A stretch of 64,000 bases of DNA from Octopus bimaculoides (Eukaryota): assembly GCF_001194135.2 (NCBI RefSeq), contig NC_068983.1, positions 122,923,046 through 122,987,045 on the forward strand, written 5' to 3'. Below, piece after piece: positions 10,379 to 22,673 of the stretch. The position numbers and the translations under genes were made by a program. The notes under the pieces were generated by a model. That model was not told where the DNA came from, did not search any database, and worked only from the letters and a program-made list of their open reading frames with translations. The first letter of the stretch is position 1; each line of letters opens with the position of its first letter.

Positions 10379-11107
10379 TTTGAAAACGTGGCTTTTTGCA
10401 TATTCGGAATCCCCGTCTNNNNNNNNNNNNNNNNNNNNNNNNNNNNNNNNNNNNNNNNNNNNNNNNNNNNNNNNNNNNNNNNNNNNNNNNNNNNNNNNNN
10501 NNNNNNNNNNNNNNNNNNNNNNNNNNNNNNNNNNNNNNNNNNNNNNNNNNNNNNNNNNNNNNNNNNNNNNNNNNNNNNNNNNNNNNNNNNNNNNNNNNNN
10601 NNNNNNNNNNNNNNNNNNNNNNNNNNCCCCACAATTTTCTTTATAATCGTTATCAATACTGCTCGAAAGGTGTTTCTGTAAAATTTCATTAAAAGATATC
10701 CATTTTCCTGAAAGTTATGATGGAAAAAAAAAGGATCGTGTGAATTTTCCGACAGTCCTCTCCCCACCCCTTCGGAAAAATTTTCCTCAGAAATTTCTCT
10801 ATAATCGTAATTTGTGCCATTTGAACGGTATTTCTATAAAATTTCATCAATATATATCCATTTTCCTGAAAGTTATGCGGGGAAAATAAGATCTTTTGAA
10901 TTTTCCGAAAGTAATCCCCACCCCACGTTCGTTTGCATAATTTTTTTTTTTCATATTCGTTTTCTACAGTTTTTTTACACCTAGCAGGCTGGGGTGTTCT
11001 TTTGTTTTGTTTTCGTTAACGAGTCTTAAACTTTATATTGACCTACATAACATTAGTTATTTTGTATTAGTAGTTTTCAGCGATAACCGTGCGGGTTATG
11101 TTGTAGT
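10379..11107 (+). mobile_element. Non-autonomous Helitron-like element with about 157-bp internal tandem units
   Basis: Two tandem units (AAAATTTCAT..ATATCCATTTTCCTGAAAGTTATG) at 10630-10925; hairpin ATAACC-GTGCG-GGTTAT then GTAGT at 11083-11107; 10379-10418 matches 31958-32000 in reverse complement. Confidence 0.45.
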
Positions 11108-11129
11108 CACTCTGTCAATGATATTCACT

Positions 11130-12380
11130 ATAGGAGTTGATACTTCGGCAAGGTGTAGTGGTTCTATCATCCATGAGTGAGGTACAGAGTCGAACGCCTT
11201 CTTATAGTCTAGCCATTTTGTTAAGAGAGTATGGCGATGTTGCTTGGCCTCCTTAAGAGCAGCTTTGTTGAGGAGAAGCCGAAAGGTTTTGGCTACATGG
11301 GTTTCTTTGTTCTTGGGGATAAGAGTAGTCCGTGCAACAGTCAGCCAATCTGGTATATCTAGCTCAGCTTCTATTGCTTTTTAAAGAGAGTCGTGAAGAT
11401 TTCCCTGTAGAACGTGAAATTTTTGTACAAGTAGCCTACTATCAGGTCTCTTCCAAGTGATTTTCAATTCGGCAATTTCATAACCATCAATGTTTTACTG
11501 GTGATTTTATATATTTTGGGAGAGGCATTTACACAATACTCACTTCGTAGGTCGTTTAACCATGCATTGGAGTTGTGTTCTTTGTTTACATTTCAGGTTT
11601 CCCGTCAGAATGACTCCAGGTTTTCCTGGGGAGGAGATTTACTACTATAATGGTATTCGTACTGCGATATACAGCTTGTGGGCTTCGGGCAAACTTGTGC
11701 TTTATCGTTTTCGAAGCTTTTCACTTACCGATCGTAGATCGTGTCTGAGGGTGATCAGTTTGCTTGTGAGTGTTTTTCGGCGGCAATTCCCAAACAATTT
11801 GGAAAATCTATCATGCAGTCTTAGCTGGGGATTCGTGAGTTCTGTTTTAGCTTTGTATTTGATGATAGCGTCCAACTGTCTTATTTTTTTCTGAGTCTGC
11901 TGATGCTATTTTTGAGGGAGGTATCCATTTTGGCTCGGTATCATCCTTTGGATCGGTCTCTTTTACTTCCATCTGTTGGTGCACAATTACTGCAGCACAA
12001 TGTAACAGGACATTTGTTGTCCAATAACTGCGAGCTTGAATTTGAGCTACTTGTTCTCTCTCAATTTCGTCGATCTTGTATAACATCAGATCGATGGGGA
12101 ATTTTTCCAACTCGTTCTCTCATGCAGTGCTTTATGCTTGTAAGTAATGAAATTCTGCTTGAACTAACTTCGATGCAAGCGGTGATTTTAGTAGTTCATA
12201 ATCATAACTCGCTTTTGTGGACTCGTAAGTGGTTGCCACATGTCCGTGTAGTGGTGGTGGTTTGTCAATGTTGTATTAGTTTTGGTCGCGTGGTCGTTCA
12301 CAATCTTTTCGCGGAAAAAGTTTACCGTATTGTTAATATTTGCATTATTTGTACATTTTGACTAAGTAATTTTAGTTGGT
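11130..12380 (-). mobile_element. R4/Dong-like non-LTR retrotransposon fragment (N-terminal region to RT domain 3)
   Basis: TNVLLHCAAVIV..PKW N-terminal motif; KKAFDSVPHSWMIEPLHLAEV at about 11140-11205; many stops. Confidence 0.75.
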
Positions 12381-12849
12381 AGAGTGGCCTATTTCTTATG
12401 TATGTTTGAATGTATATATGCATGTATTTATATCATTATACAGCTTTATTTCAAGATTGTTTGCCAATAGATAAAGAGTCAGTTTCTAACCTAGATCTGT
12501 AGCTCCTTCATCGGACTTTCATTTACATAAACAGGGTATTTTTGTATGTATGTATGGTTATGCGCAGATTTGTATGTTCTGTTTTATGTATGTATTCTCA
12601 TGCATAAGGTTGTATGTCCATACTTAAATGATAAACTTCTGGAAAGTTTCATAGATTTTTACAGTTCCTTTAAAGGTTTATTACTTTACGTACATCAGGG
12701 CTTGAGTTGTCAGTTATTTCTGTTTATTTAATTAAAATTATTTAACACTCACTGCTAACATTATTTTGTTTCTCTTCTCCATCCGGAAATTCACTTCGCA
12801 GCGAAGTTCCTGTTTACAGTTCGTCTGTCATGAATCCTACCCTACATGG

Positions 12850-14775
12850 CTCCCTCACCCGGCAGAACTGTTGACTGCCATTGGAACCGGAAAGCTGTTT
12901 TAATTGTCCTGCCTATGCGTGTGTTTACTTGGTTCTTTGATGGCAGTTCCTTGACAAGGGTTGGTGTGATCTGACTAGGGCGGCCCCTGTTTGGTGGTTG
13001 GGCTACCTGAACGGGGCTGTCAATATCGAGACGGGCCGGTTTCAACCTATCGATGGAGACTGTGTCGTCCGTCAATTAGGAGTTGGAATGATTTATCTAC
13101 TGAATGTATGAATTGATATGGACCATCATACGGTGACTGGAAGGGTTTTTGTCGAGTGTCACGTCGAACGAATACAAAGTTAGCCGTGCGGAGGTCGTTT
13201 GGTACGGATGATCTGGGTGTACAGTGTGTCGACATGGGAACAGGGCGGAACTGGCCCACGCTGTCTCTCAGTTAAGCGAGGTACCTTTTGACATCCGGGT
13301 CTGACTTCGTATTCGGAGGGAACTCTCCTGGCACTGTAAGACGGGCACCATACACCATTTCCGCGGAGGAAGTGTTGAGATTTTCTTTTGGGGCAGTGTG
13401 GATTCCCAGCATCACCAATGGGAGTTGGTCTGGCTTGTTGACAGGGGATGCAGTTCTTGGTCCAGTCCCCGATTTGCTTGGCCATACCGTGCCAGATAAA
13501 TTTGCTTGACAGTAACCGCCGTGTGGCTTTAGTACTTGGGTGGGAAAGTCCGTGAATGACATCGAAAAATTTCTTGCGCCAGGCTGATGAAACGATCGGT
13601 CGTGGCTACCCAGTGGATACGTCACACATTAGGGTTGTGCCGTTAGAGCCAAAGTGTACATCCGGCAAAGAAAGTGATGTGATGGCAGTGCGGTAGGCCT
13701 TGATCTCGTCATCTGTCTGTTGGTTGCAGCTATAGCTTCGTAATCCAGGCTTTCCGTTATTGGTGCTACGTAGGTGTTAGAGCAGGTAGGAGAGTGCGAG
13801 AGAGTGCGTCGGCAACTAGGTTGCCCTTGCCGGCTATGTGTTGGATGTCTGTGGTGAACTCAGAAATGGCCGATAGTTGTCGTTGCTGATTGTGCAGACC
13901 AAGGCTCTGAGAACTTGCTCATAGGTAAGGTGAGTGGTTTGTGATCTGTGAATATTGTAAACATGCGGCCTTCAAGGAAATAGCGAAAGTAGAGGACACC
14001 TAGATAGACAGCCAGTAGTTCCCGTCGAAAGCATTGTATTTCTGTTCAGGGGGATCATAGCTGTCGACTGAAGAAGGCGCCACTGACTGTTGATGTGTTG
14101 TTCCAAAACGCCCCCAATGGCTGTGTCGGATGCGTCAACTGTGAGTGCAGTTCAAGTTGATATATGAAGATGGGACAGCATGGTTGCTTGAGCCAGGGCT
14201 TGTTTTGTAGATTCGGAGGCTGAAGTCATTGTACTATCCCACTCCACCTGGCTTTTTGAACCCTCTTTTGATAGTGCCTTGCATAGGGGTTTCATCACTC
14301 TTGCTGCAGAAGGAATGAAGCGATGGTAAAAGTTTATCATGCCCACGAATTGGTGTAGAGCCTTGCTTGTGGTGGGGCGTGGAAAGGATAGGATAGCTTT
14401 CACTTTTTCTGGCAGGGGTGTAGTGCCGGCACTTGTGATTCGATGTCCCAAGAAGTCGATTTCTGTAACACCAAAAACGCACTTGACGGGGTTGATTACT
14501 AAACTATACTGTTCCAGCCTATCAAAAAGAGTCACTAGGTGCTTCTTATGTAGCTCCGCGTTTTGGCTAGCAATAAGGATATTACTAAGTATGCAAAAGA
14601 CAAAATCGAGACCTCTGTACACGGTGTCCATCAAGCATTGGAAGGATTGCGTTGCGTTTTTCAGCCCAAAGGGTGTACGTAGGAATTCGTACAGACTGAA
14701 AGGAGTGATCACAGCGGTTTTAGGTATTTGGTGGTATCTTCGGATGAGGTCAACCTTCGAGAAAACGAGCACCCG
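12850..14775 (-). pseudogene. pol: Frameshifted Gypsy pol
   Basis: FSKVDLIRRYHQIP..TPFSLYEFLRTPFGLKNA; DASDTAIGGVLEQ; TDHKPLT; HGLSHPS..WTKNCIPCQQA joined directly to DQLPLVMLGIHTAPKE..AEMVYG; VSIDRLKPA. Confidence 0.92.
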
Positions 14776-15430
14776 GCTAGCTAGGCNNNNNNNNNNNNNN
14801 NNNNNNNNNNNNNNNNNNNNNNNNNNNNNNNNNNNNNNNNNNNNNNNNNNNNNNNNNNNNNNNNNNNNNNNNNNNNNNNNNNNNNNNNNNNNNNNNNNNN
14901 NNNNNNNNNNNNNNNNNNNNNNNNNNNNNNNNNNNNNNNNNNNNNNNNNNNNNNNNNNNNNNNNNNNNNNNNNNNNNNNNNNNNNNNNNNNNNNNNNNNN
15001 NNNNNNNNNNNNNNNNNNNNNNNNNNNNNNNNNNNNNNNNNNNNNNNNNNNNNNNNNNNNNNNNNNNNNNNNNNNNNNNNNNNNNNNNNNNNNNNNNNNN
15101 NNNNNNNNNNNNNNNNNNNNNNNNNNNNNNNNNNNNNNNNNNNNNNNNNNNNNNNNNNNNNNNNNNNNNNNNNNNNNNNNNNNNNNNNNNNNNNNNNNNN
15201 NNNNNNNNNNNNNNNNNNNNNNNNNNNNNNNNNNNNNNNNNNNNNNNNNNNNNNNNNNNNNNNNNNNNNNNNNNNNNNNNNNNNNNNNNNNNNNNNNNNN
15301 NNNNNNNNNNNNNNNNNNNNNNNNNNNNNNNNNNNNNNNNNNNNNNNNNNNNNNNNNNNNNNNNNNNNNNNNNNNNNNNNNNNNNNNNNNNNNNNNNNNN
15401 NNNNNNNNNNNNNNNNNNNNNNNNNNNNNN

Positions 15431-15775
15431 GGTGGGGAACTAATGTCAACAGCTTGTCCATCAGTTTCGAAGGCTTAGAATCGCCTAATTCCTCCTCCTG
15501 TATCTTGGCTGCCGCTTCTCGTTTACTGCATCGGAATGTATCCACTAGCCTGTTTTTCAATATGGCGTATTTGTGCGTTGGTGAGGGTTGGGTTAAAATG
15601 TCCAGCACCCTCGATGCCGTATCTTCATCTAGTGCCGCTACAACGTAAAAATATTTCGTTTGGGCGGCCGTTACCTAGTTTATATTGATTTGGGCTTCCA
15701 CCTGCGCGAACCATAGTTCAGCCCTCTTAGGCCAGAATTGTGGTAGCCTCTGTTGTTTTGTCGCTTGCCATGTTT
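15431..15775 (-). pseudogene. gag: Gypsy gag N-terminal fragment
   Basis: ELWFAQVEAQI; LDILTQPSPTHKYAILKNRL..ELGDSKPSKLMDKL. Confidence 0.85.
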
Positions 15776-16199
15776 GTCTCGATAGCGAGTGCTGTTGTTC
15801 TATCGTCAGGGATCACCAGTCATAGCTTTGTTAAGCTATACACAAACAAACTAGTGGAGACGAAAATGTATTTATCAAAGGTTTATTATTTTAAGTACAT
15901 CAGGGCTTAGGTCGCCAGTTATTTCTGTTTATTTAATTCAGATTCATTTAACACTCACTGCTAAAATTATATTTTTTTCCATTCTCCATCCGAAAGTCCA
16001 CTTCGCTGTCGACCAATTCCTTAGCTAGCCCGCAGCGAAGTTCCTGTCTACAGTTCGTCTGTCATGAATCCTTCCCTACAAGGGTGTATCTAATATATTA
16101 TACCCATATCCCAAATCTGAGCCCTTGTGTCTGTATCAGGATCAATATTATCTGCTGACTAGGATCTTTTTTCACTTTCATCGGCAGATCGAGAAATTA

Positions 16200-16440
16200 A
16201 TTTTTTCTAACTAAACACTTTCAAACTTCGAACACTGGTAGAATGTGTCATATAAAACATATTTTACTCTTAGCGTTGTTGAAACAAGTTTCTATTTACA
16301 AAGTTATTTCGTGTTAAAGTTGTCGTATTTCTGTAATTTCAACCAATCAATGACGTGTATTGACGTGTATCGTGACCAAATGTACATTCAGTAAAAGTCA
16401 TATAATTTATGAGAGTAGTTTCTATTCCACTAACCATCTT
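16200..16440. repeat. Unclassified interspersed repeat, probably DNA-transposon derived
   Basis: TTTCAAACTTCG..GGTAGAATGTGTCATATAAAAC and CAACCAATCA..TGACG resemble MITE subterminal motifs; no TIR pair found. Confidence 0.3.
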
Positions 16441-17324
16441 ATAACAGAACCACTTCAAATCAGCTATCATAAAAGTAATAGCAGCTTTTGGGGATTAAAA
16501 TATTTCTAACCATTTAATAGTACCGTCTAGCAACCCCAACTTATTTCGGTTTTGTCTGTGAAGTGTGGGAGTGTGAAGGCATTTACTGGTTTAGCTATAT
16601 ATTATTAATAGGATGGAGACAGCTGCTTATTACAAAGATATCGAAATAACAAAGAATAAGATATTAAAAAAAAACTATCATCACTGAAGTGTTTATCAGC
16701 GAATTAGCCTGTATACAAAAGCAAAAGATTTTCTAGAGAATAATCGCTAAATTAATATTTCTCACATTTGATACAAATATTAAACCGGAAACCACTGAGC
16801 TTTCCAAGCAGTGGAGTAGTGGGTAATTTTGTGTGTGTGTGTGTGTGTGTATGTGTNNNNNNNNNNNNNNNNNNNNNNNNNNNNNNNNNNNNNNNNNNNN
16901 NNNNNNNNNNNNNNNNNNNNNNNNNNNNNNNNNNNNNNNNNNNNNNNNNNNNNNNNNNNNNNNNNNNNNNNNNNNNNNNNNNNNNNNNNNNNNNNNNNNN
17001 NNNNNNNNNNNNNNNNNNNNNNNNNNNNNNNNNNNNNNNNNNNNNNNNNNNNNNNNNNNNNNNNNNNNNNNNNNNNNNNNNNNNNNNNNNNNNNNNNNNN
17101 NNNNNNNNNNNNNNNNNNNNNNNNNNNNNNNNNNNNNNNNNNNNNNNNNNNNNNNNNNNNNNNNNNNNNNNNNNNNNNNNNNNNNNNNNNNNNNNNNNNN
17201 NNNNNNNNNNNNNNNNNNNNNNNNNNNNNNNNNNNNNNNNNNNNNNNNNNNNNNNNNNNNNNNNNNNNNNNNNNNNNNNNNNNNNNNNNNNNNNNNNNNN
17301 NNNNNNNNNNNNNNNNNNNNNNNN

Positions 17325-17407
17325 CATAACTGCACGCTCAAACATACAGACATACACATACACACACATACACATACATATATGTGTGTGTAAATATATA
17401 AATATGC

Positions 17408-17467
<60 letters not shown>

Positions 17468-17837
17468 AGAAAGAGAGAGAGAGAAAGAGAGAGAGATAAA
17501 CACACACACACACACACATACACACACACACATACACACACACATACACACACACACATACACACACACACACACACACATGAACTGCAAACTTATGGGA
17601 AGTTATTTGCGAAAATGTGTATCGATAATTGTTCACAACCATGGTATGTATTTACCTAACTCCATTCGAAAGAACTCAGTTAGTTTGGTGAAAGAGCTCT
17701 GTAATGCCAAATCCAAACAATCGAAGTTACTGACAAAATGTTGTTAAAAAGTATACACCATCAACTGGATTTCATCATAAAGCAGTTACATATTAATAGA
17801 GAAATAAGATATCACGCATGCACGCACNNNNNNNNNN

Positions 17838-17882
<45 letters not shown>

Positions 17883-18257
17883 GATATCTAAAACTTGCTA
17901 ACTTCAGGTCACGCCACAAACTAGGAGTCTGTAAATGCATTTGTCTCTATGCAGACCATCAAGTGTTTCTGTTGTTTCTTTATTTGTATATATTTGTTTT
18001 ACTATTTGCTAATACATGTTTTGATAGCTGTCACGCGACGACCCGCGTTAGAATAATATACATGTCAATTAGATTTATTAAATCATATCTTTGTGAATTG
18101 TGTATATATACGTTTTATATAAACATACCAAGATAAAAATCTCATTGCTTAAGTATAGTAATGAAAACTTGATTCATAACTGCACGCTCAAACATACAGA
18201 CATACACATACACACACATACACATACATATATGTGTGTGTAAATATATAAATATGC

Positions 18258-18325
<68 letters not shown>

Positions 18326-18960
18326 AGAAAGAGAGAGAGAGAGAGAAAGAGAGAGAGATAAACACACACACACACACATACACACACACACATACACANN
18401 NNNNNNNNNNNNNNNNNNNNNNNNNNNNNNNNNNNNNNNNNNNNNNNNNNNNNNNNNNNNNNNNNNNNNNNNNNNNNNNNNNNNNNNNNNNNNNNNNNNN
18501 NNNNNNNNNNNNNNNNNNNNNNNNNNNNNNNNNNNNNNNNNNNNNNNNNNNNNNNNNNNNNNNNNNNNNNNNNNNNNNNNNNNNNNNNNNNNNNNNNNNN
18601 NNNNNNNNNNNNNNNNNNNNNNNNNNNNNNNNNNNNNNNNNNNNNNNNNNNNNNNNNNNNNNNNNNNNNNNNNNNNNNNNNNNNNNNNNNNNNNNNNNNN
18701 NNNNNNNNNNNNNNNNNNNNNNNNNNNNNNNNNNNNNNNNNNNNNNNNNNNNNNNNNNNNNNNNNNNNNNNNNNNNNNNNNNNNNNNNNNNNNNNNNNNN
18801 NNNNNNNNNNNNNNNNNNNNNNNNNNNNNNNNNNNNNNNNNNNNNNNNNNNNNNNNNNNNNNNNNNNNNNNNNNNNNNNNNNNNNNNNNNNNNNNNNNNN
18901 NNNNNNNNNNNNNNNNNNNNNNNNNNNNNNNNNNCATACACACACGCACACACACAAACA
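17325..18960. repeat. (CA)n/(GATA)n/(GA)n microsatellite cluster with a gap-flanked duplicated block
   Basis: 17325-17545 is essentially identical to 18175-18398; the first copy begins and the second ends at an N gap. Confidence 0.85.
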
Positions 18961-19149
18961 CGCTCACAGAAACACACACACACACACACACACACATTTC
19001 CTTTATTGAACCCTCAAATACTGATAGGGTTACAGAAGCACTGTTGTGACAAATGGCACGGGTCGAGCCACACAACTTGGAGGAGTCTATATCTCTCCTT
19101 GTTCTTGGTTTCTTTCAGATGGAAAAGAAGAATCGATCGCAATACTGGT

Positions 19150-19760
19150 ACATAAGATTTTCAACACCGAAAGGCGAAGGTGACCGCTTTTCGATTTGAA
19201 CTCAGAAAAGTGAGCCAGAATTTTTTTTCAACTGAGGACCACATATAAACACTTAGCCCTACCAAACTCCATTCCTTTACTACGTGAGAATGTTGTGACC
19301 AATTCATCAACAAAAAAGATGCTTGTGACATTAATGTTTTTATCTCCTGTGAATCCTATCATATAGCTTTTATATTTCCTTAACAGGGTTGACTGCTGGA
19401 AAGAAGATAAGCTTTCACCCTGGAATATTCCTGATAACCTAATTCTGTTAGTATCCATAGCGATAGCTTTGACTCTTATTGATAGTTTTGTGGACTGTGT
19501 TGTTGTTAGTTTCTAAATGCTATCGACTCTAGCAGCTGGAGGCTTAGTAAGATATAAAGACAGTTTATCCGTACAGTCAATACTGTTTCGTTTCCTTAAG
19601 GACAGCTTTGTTGGTGTGGGGTTATTCGGCACAAGTTCTTTTCCTCCAGCTTACTCTTCAGTTCTATTGCGTAGGTGGTAAGAAATGTAACTATTGATTT
19701 GGTAAGTGATATTGTACATCCGTTGCTTGGAACCAAGTGAGCCAGATTGCTTGAAGCCAG
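19150..19760 (-). mobile_element. R4/Dong-like RT core fragment
   Basis: GIFQGESLS (cf. GIFQGDSLS), IFFVDEL (cf. F.DD), FSRSKGMEFGRAKC (cf. FS.DIGMEFGL.KC). Confidence 0.7.
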
Positions 19761-19803
19761 ATTTAAGTAGTGGAAGAGTCTTGCAGATGTAGCTGTTTAC
19801 GGG

Positions 19804-19836
<33 letters not shown>

Positions 19837-20084
19837 NNNNNNNNNNNNNNNNNNNNNNNNNNNNNNNNNNNNNNNNNNNNNNNNNNNNNNNNNNNNNNNN
19901 NNNNNNNNNNNNNNNNNNNNNNNNNNNNNNNNNNNNNNNNNNNNNNNNNNNNNNNNNNNNNNNNNNNNNNNNNNNNNNNNNNNNNNNNNNNNNNNNNNNN
20001 NNNNNNNNNNNNNNNNNNNNNNNNNNNNNNNNNNNNNNNNNNNNNNNNNNNNNNNNNNNNNNNNNNNNNNNNNNNNNNNNNNNN

Positions 20085-20120
<36 letters not shown>

Positions 20121-20389
20121 CTGTATATATATGAACCGTAAACAGCTACGGCTGCAAAGCGCGTGGGCATACACACACATACACATATGAAGGATATGGT
20201 ATTGAGTCTGAATCTTCTTGACGGTAAGGTAACCCGAGTCAATCGTGCGTGTGTGTTTGTATACATGCATGCATATATACACACATACAATTGTCTAAAA
20301 ATCCATGAGTTAGAGAAAAAAAGAACAGACATTTATGAGTGGGTATCTTTTATATATATATAGATTGTATTAATATAATATATAATATA

Positions 20390-21171
20390 ATCTATTGCCT
20401 AATTTGTCTCAACAAAAATTATGCAATGGTACAACACTAATTGTTTATAAACCTATTAGGAACTGCATTGAGGCAAATATTCTCACTGGTTGTGGTAAAG
20501 GTGACACCGTCTTCGCTTCTTGCATACCAGTTATACCATCTAATATCCCATTCCAATTTAAGCCGTTACACTTTCCTATCCCACTTTCTTTGCCATGAGC
20601 ATTAATTAAACTCAAGGTCAAACACTAAAAGTTGCCGGATTGCAACTTGAAGAACAAACAGAAGTTCGTATATGAAATCCATATTTTTTCTACTACATGT
20701 TTTTCTCTTATATAATACAGGACGAGTAAGTCTAAATCTGTGGTCGTAATCTCACTCTGGTTCATATTCGAAACTGAATTTTTCAAATATCCTTGGGCGT
20801 ACGGCCTATTCAAATGTTAAAAGAAATCGTGGCAAAGGAGTCTTCCACTTCACATGTGGCTTTCTTCTCACTGCCATCACACAATCATTTGGATTCTGTA
20901 AAGCTATTCTTCTATATGATATAGCTATTTTTCTAGCTTCATTGACGTTCAAACTGAATCTTTCGATTCTCCTTTGGCATAACGCCTGTTCAAACGTCAA
21001 AAGGAACAGTGACAAATGGATGTTCCACTTGACCTGTAGCCTTTTCAGTGCCATCGTAGTCACCTGGATTCCGTAAAACTATTCTTCTATATGATATACC
21101 CATTTTTCTAGCTTCTCGGCCCGAAAAACAGTAAAAGTTATGACCCGATCAACGACGCGTATTACTGCTAG
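20390..21171 (+). mobile_element. Helitron 3' portion: PIF1-type helicase fragment, about 175-bp tandem units, CTAG end
   Basis: NLSQQKLCNGTTL..IEANILTGCGKGDTVF..IP..PFQFKPLHFP..FAMSIN*TQGQTLKVAGL at 20390-20655; duplicated unit CTATTCTTCTATATGATATA at about 20905 and 21079; CTAG|T at 21168-21172. Confidence 0.85.
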
Positions 21172-21827
21172 TTATTAATAAAATACAATATTATATTCTC
21201 ATATCCACCAATATAGTAATCGGTTTCATGCCAGGAGTTGAGAAAACCCCAGCGATCAACAGAAACGACTGAAAGGAATGGTATGACGTATGTTTTTTGC
21301 CACTGAAGGTCTGGAAAACAGCGAAATTTCTTAGATCAAAAACTCAGAGGGAAACTTATCTTTTTCTTTCCAAAAACTTTAAAACTTTGAAATTTCATAA
21401 CTCTGAAGTTTTTGGAAAATAATGTTTTTGAGTCTTTTAGATATTTTGAGATTTTGTGAATTATTCTATAAAAACTATTTTTGAAGGTATTTTGAAGTTT
21501 GTGAAGCTTTTTAAAATTATTTTCTTTAAGCGATTTTTGAGATTTCTTTGAAAAGAATTTCCTTGTCTTGTTTTTAACTTCTTGTAACTTCTTTTAACTC
21601 CCCCTCAATTATTCAGTCACAGCATCTCATCCTCCTACTAAAGGTGTTACCTTGTCGTCTTACTATACTATCTTTTTCTTAGTTCACTGGAATTTTATCC
21701 CTTGGATTGGATGCAAGTACATCACCCCGTTATAGAAGGGGTCCATGGATTTTCGAATTCGCTGGAACGTGATTATGTGAGTTGTCCTTTTTTGTATTGC
21801 CTTCATGGTGTCTTTCGTGTCGTGGAG

Positions 21828-21914
21828 CATCCTGATGAGGGGAGTGTCTGGTTCCTTTAAAATATGAAATCCATGTCATATTAACTGACACGTCTCCGAA
21901 ACGGCCCGTCGATG
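21828..21914 (+). ncRNA. Type I hammerhead ribozyme with long stem II
   Basis: CAUC CUGAUGA [GGGGAGUGUCUGGUU..AACUGACACGUCUCC] GAAA CG-GCC-CG UC GAUG. All core bases present, stem I CAUC/GAUG, stem III ACG/CGU, predicted cleavage after GUC at 21910. Confidence 0.85.
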
Positions 21915-22450
21915 AAACTTTTGGATCCATTGAACATTGTCTCTAATTTTAGTATATCCGTTTAAGGCTTTAAAATGTCTTTCTACTTTCCACACACTTT
22001 GTGTTGTAACTTGAAATCTTTAGTCCTTATAACAAATCCTATGAACTTATAATTTACTATATCCTATTTCATATCGAGGTCTTCTATTTTAAAATGCCTA
22101 TGTATTTATAAATGTTTTTATATATTTTTAAATATCTAAGTGTTTTTAAATATTCTATGTGCTTGTGTTGTGACCTCTAAATTTTGATTCCTCTATAGTA
22201 TATCGTGTGAATTTATAATTCACTATGTTTTATATAATATCGACGTTTTTATATCTTATTATTTGTGTATTTTGTACTTATTTTACTTATATATGTTTTA
22301 AAATGCCTTTGTATTTATAAATGTTTTTAAATATTTTTAGATATTTGCGGGCTTATAAAAATATGAATTTGTCTATATGCTTGTATGTTATTAATACTTC
22401 TATTAAGTTGAGCTTTATGTTGCTTTATTGATATCGAAGTAAGTGTGCAT

Positions 22451-22639
22451 ATATATTGAATATTCTGCTGGATAATAGGTCATGTTCCTCTAGTTTTCGG
22501 CTCGTATTGCCTCCACTCAAATTATATATATATAAATATATATAAACCCCACACGTGTATACACATACNNNNNNNNNNGGATATAGATGCATATACACGT
22601 GTATATATGCGTGTATACACACACATCACATACACGCAT

Positions 22640-22673
<34 letters not shown>

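Larger units (their letters stand above)
12672..16080 (-). mobile_element. Gypsy LTR retrotransposon, both LTRs recognisable, integrase core deleted, gap inside
   Basis: Matching LTR segments 12672-12846 and 15877-16080, both starting TGTAGGG on the minus strand; PBS TGGTGATCCCTGACG at 15804-15818; purine tract GGGTGAGGGAGCCA before the 3' LTR; gag, RT, RNase H and IN remnants. Confidence 0.95.

Noticed and set aside
12485-12530. Hammerhead-like minus-strand CCGATGA..GAAAC upstream of the R4-like ORF
   Set aside because: The first core word is CCGA rather than CUGA, and there is no stem II or valid stem I/III.
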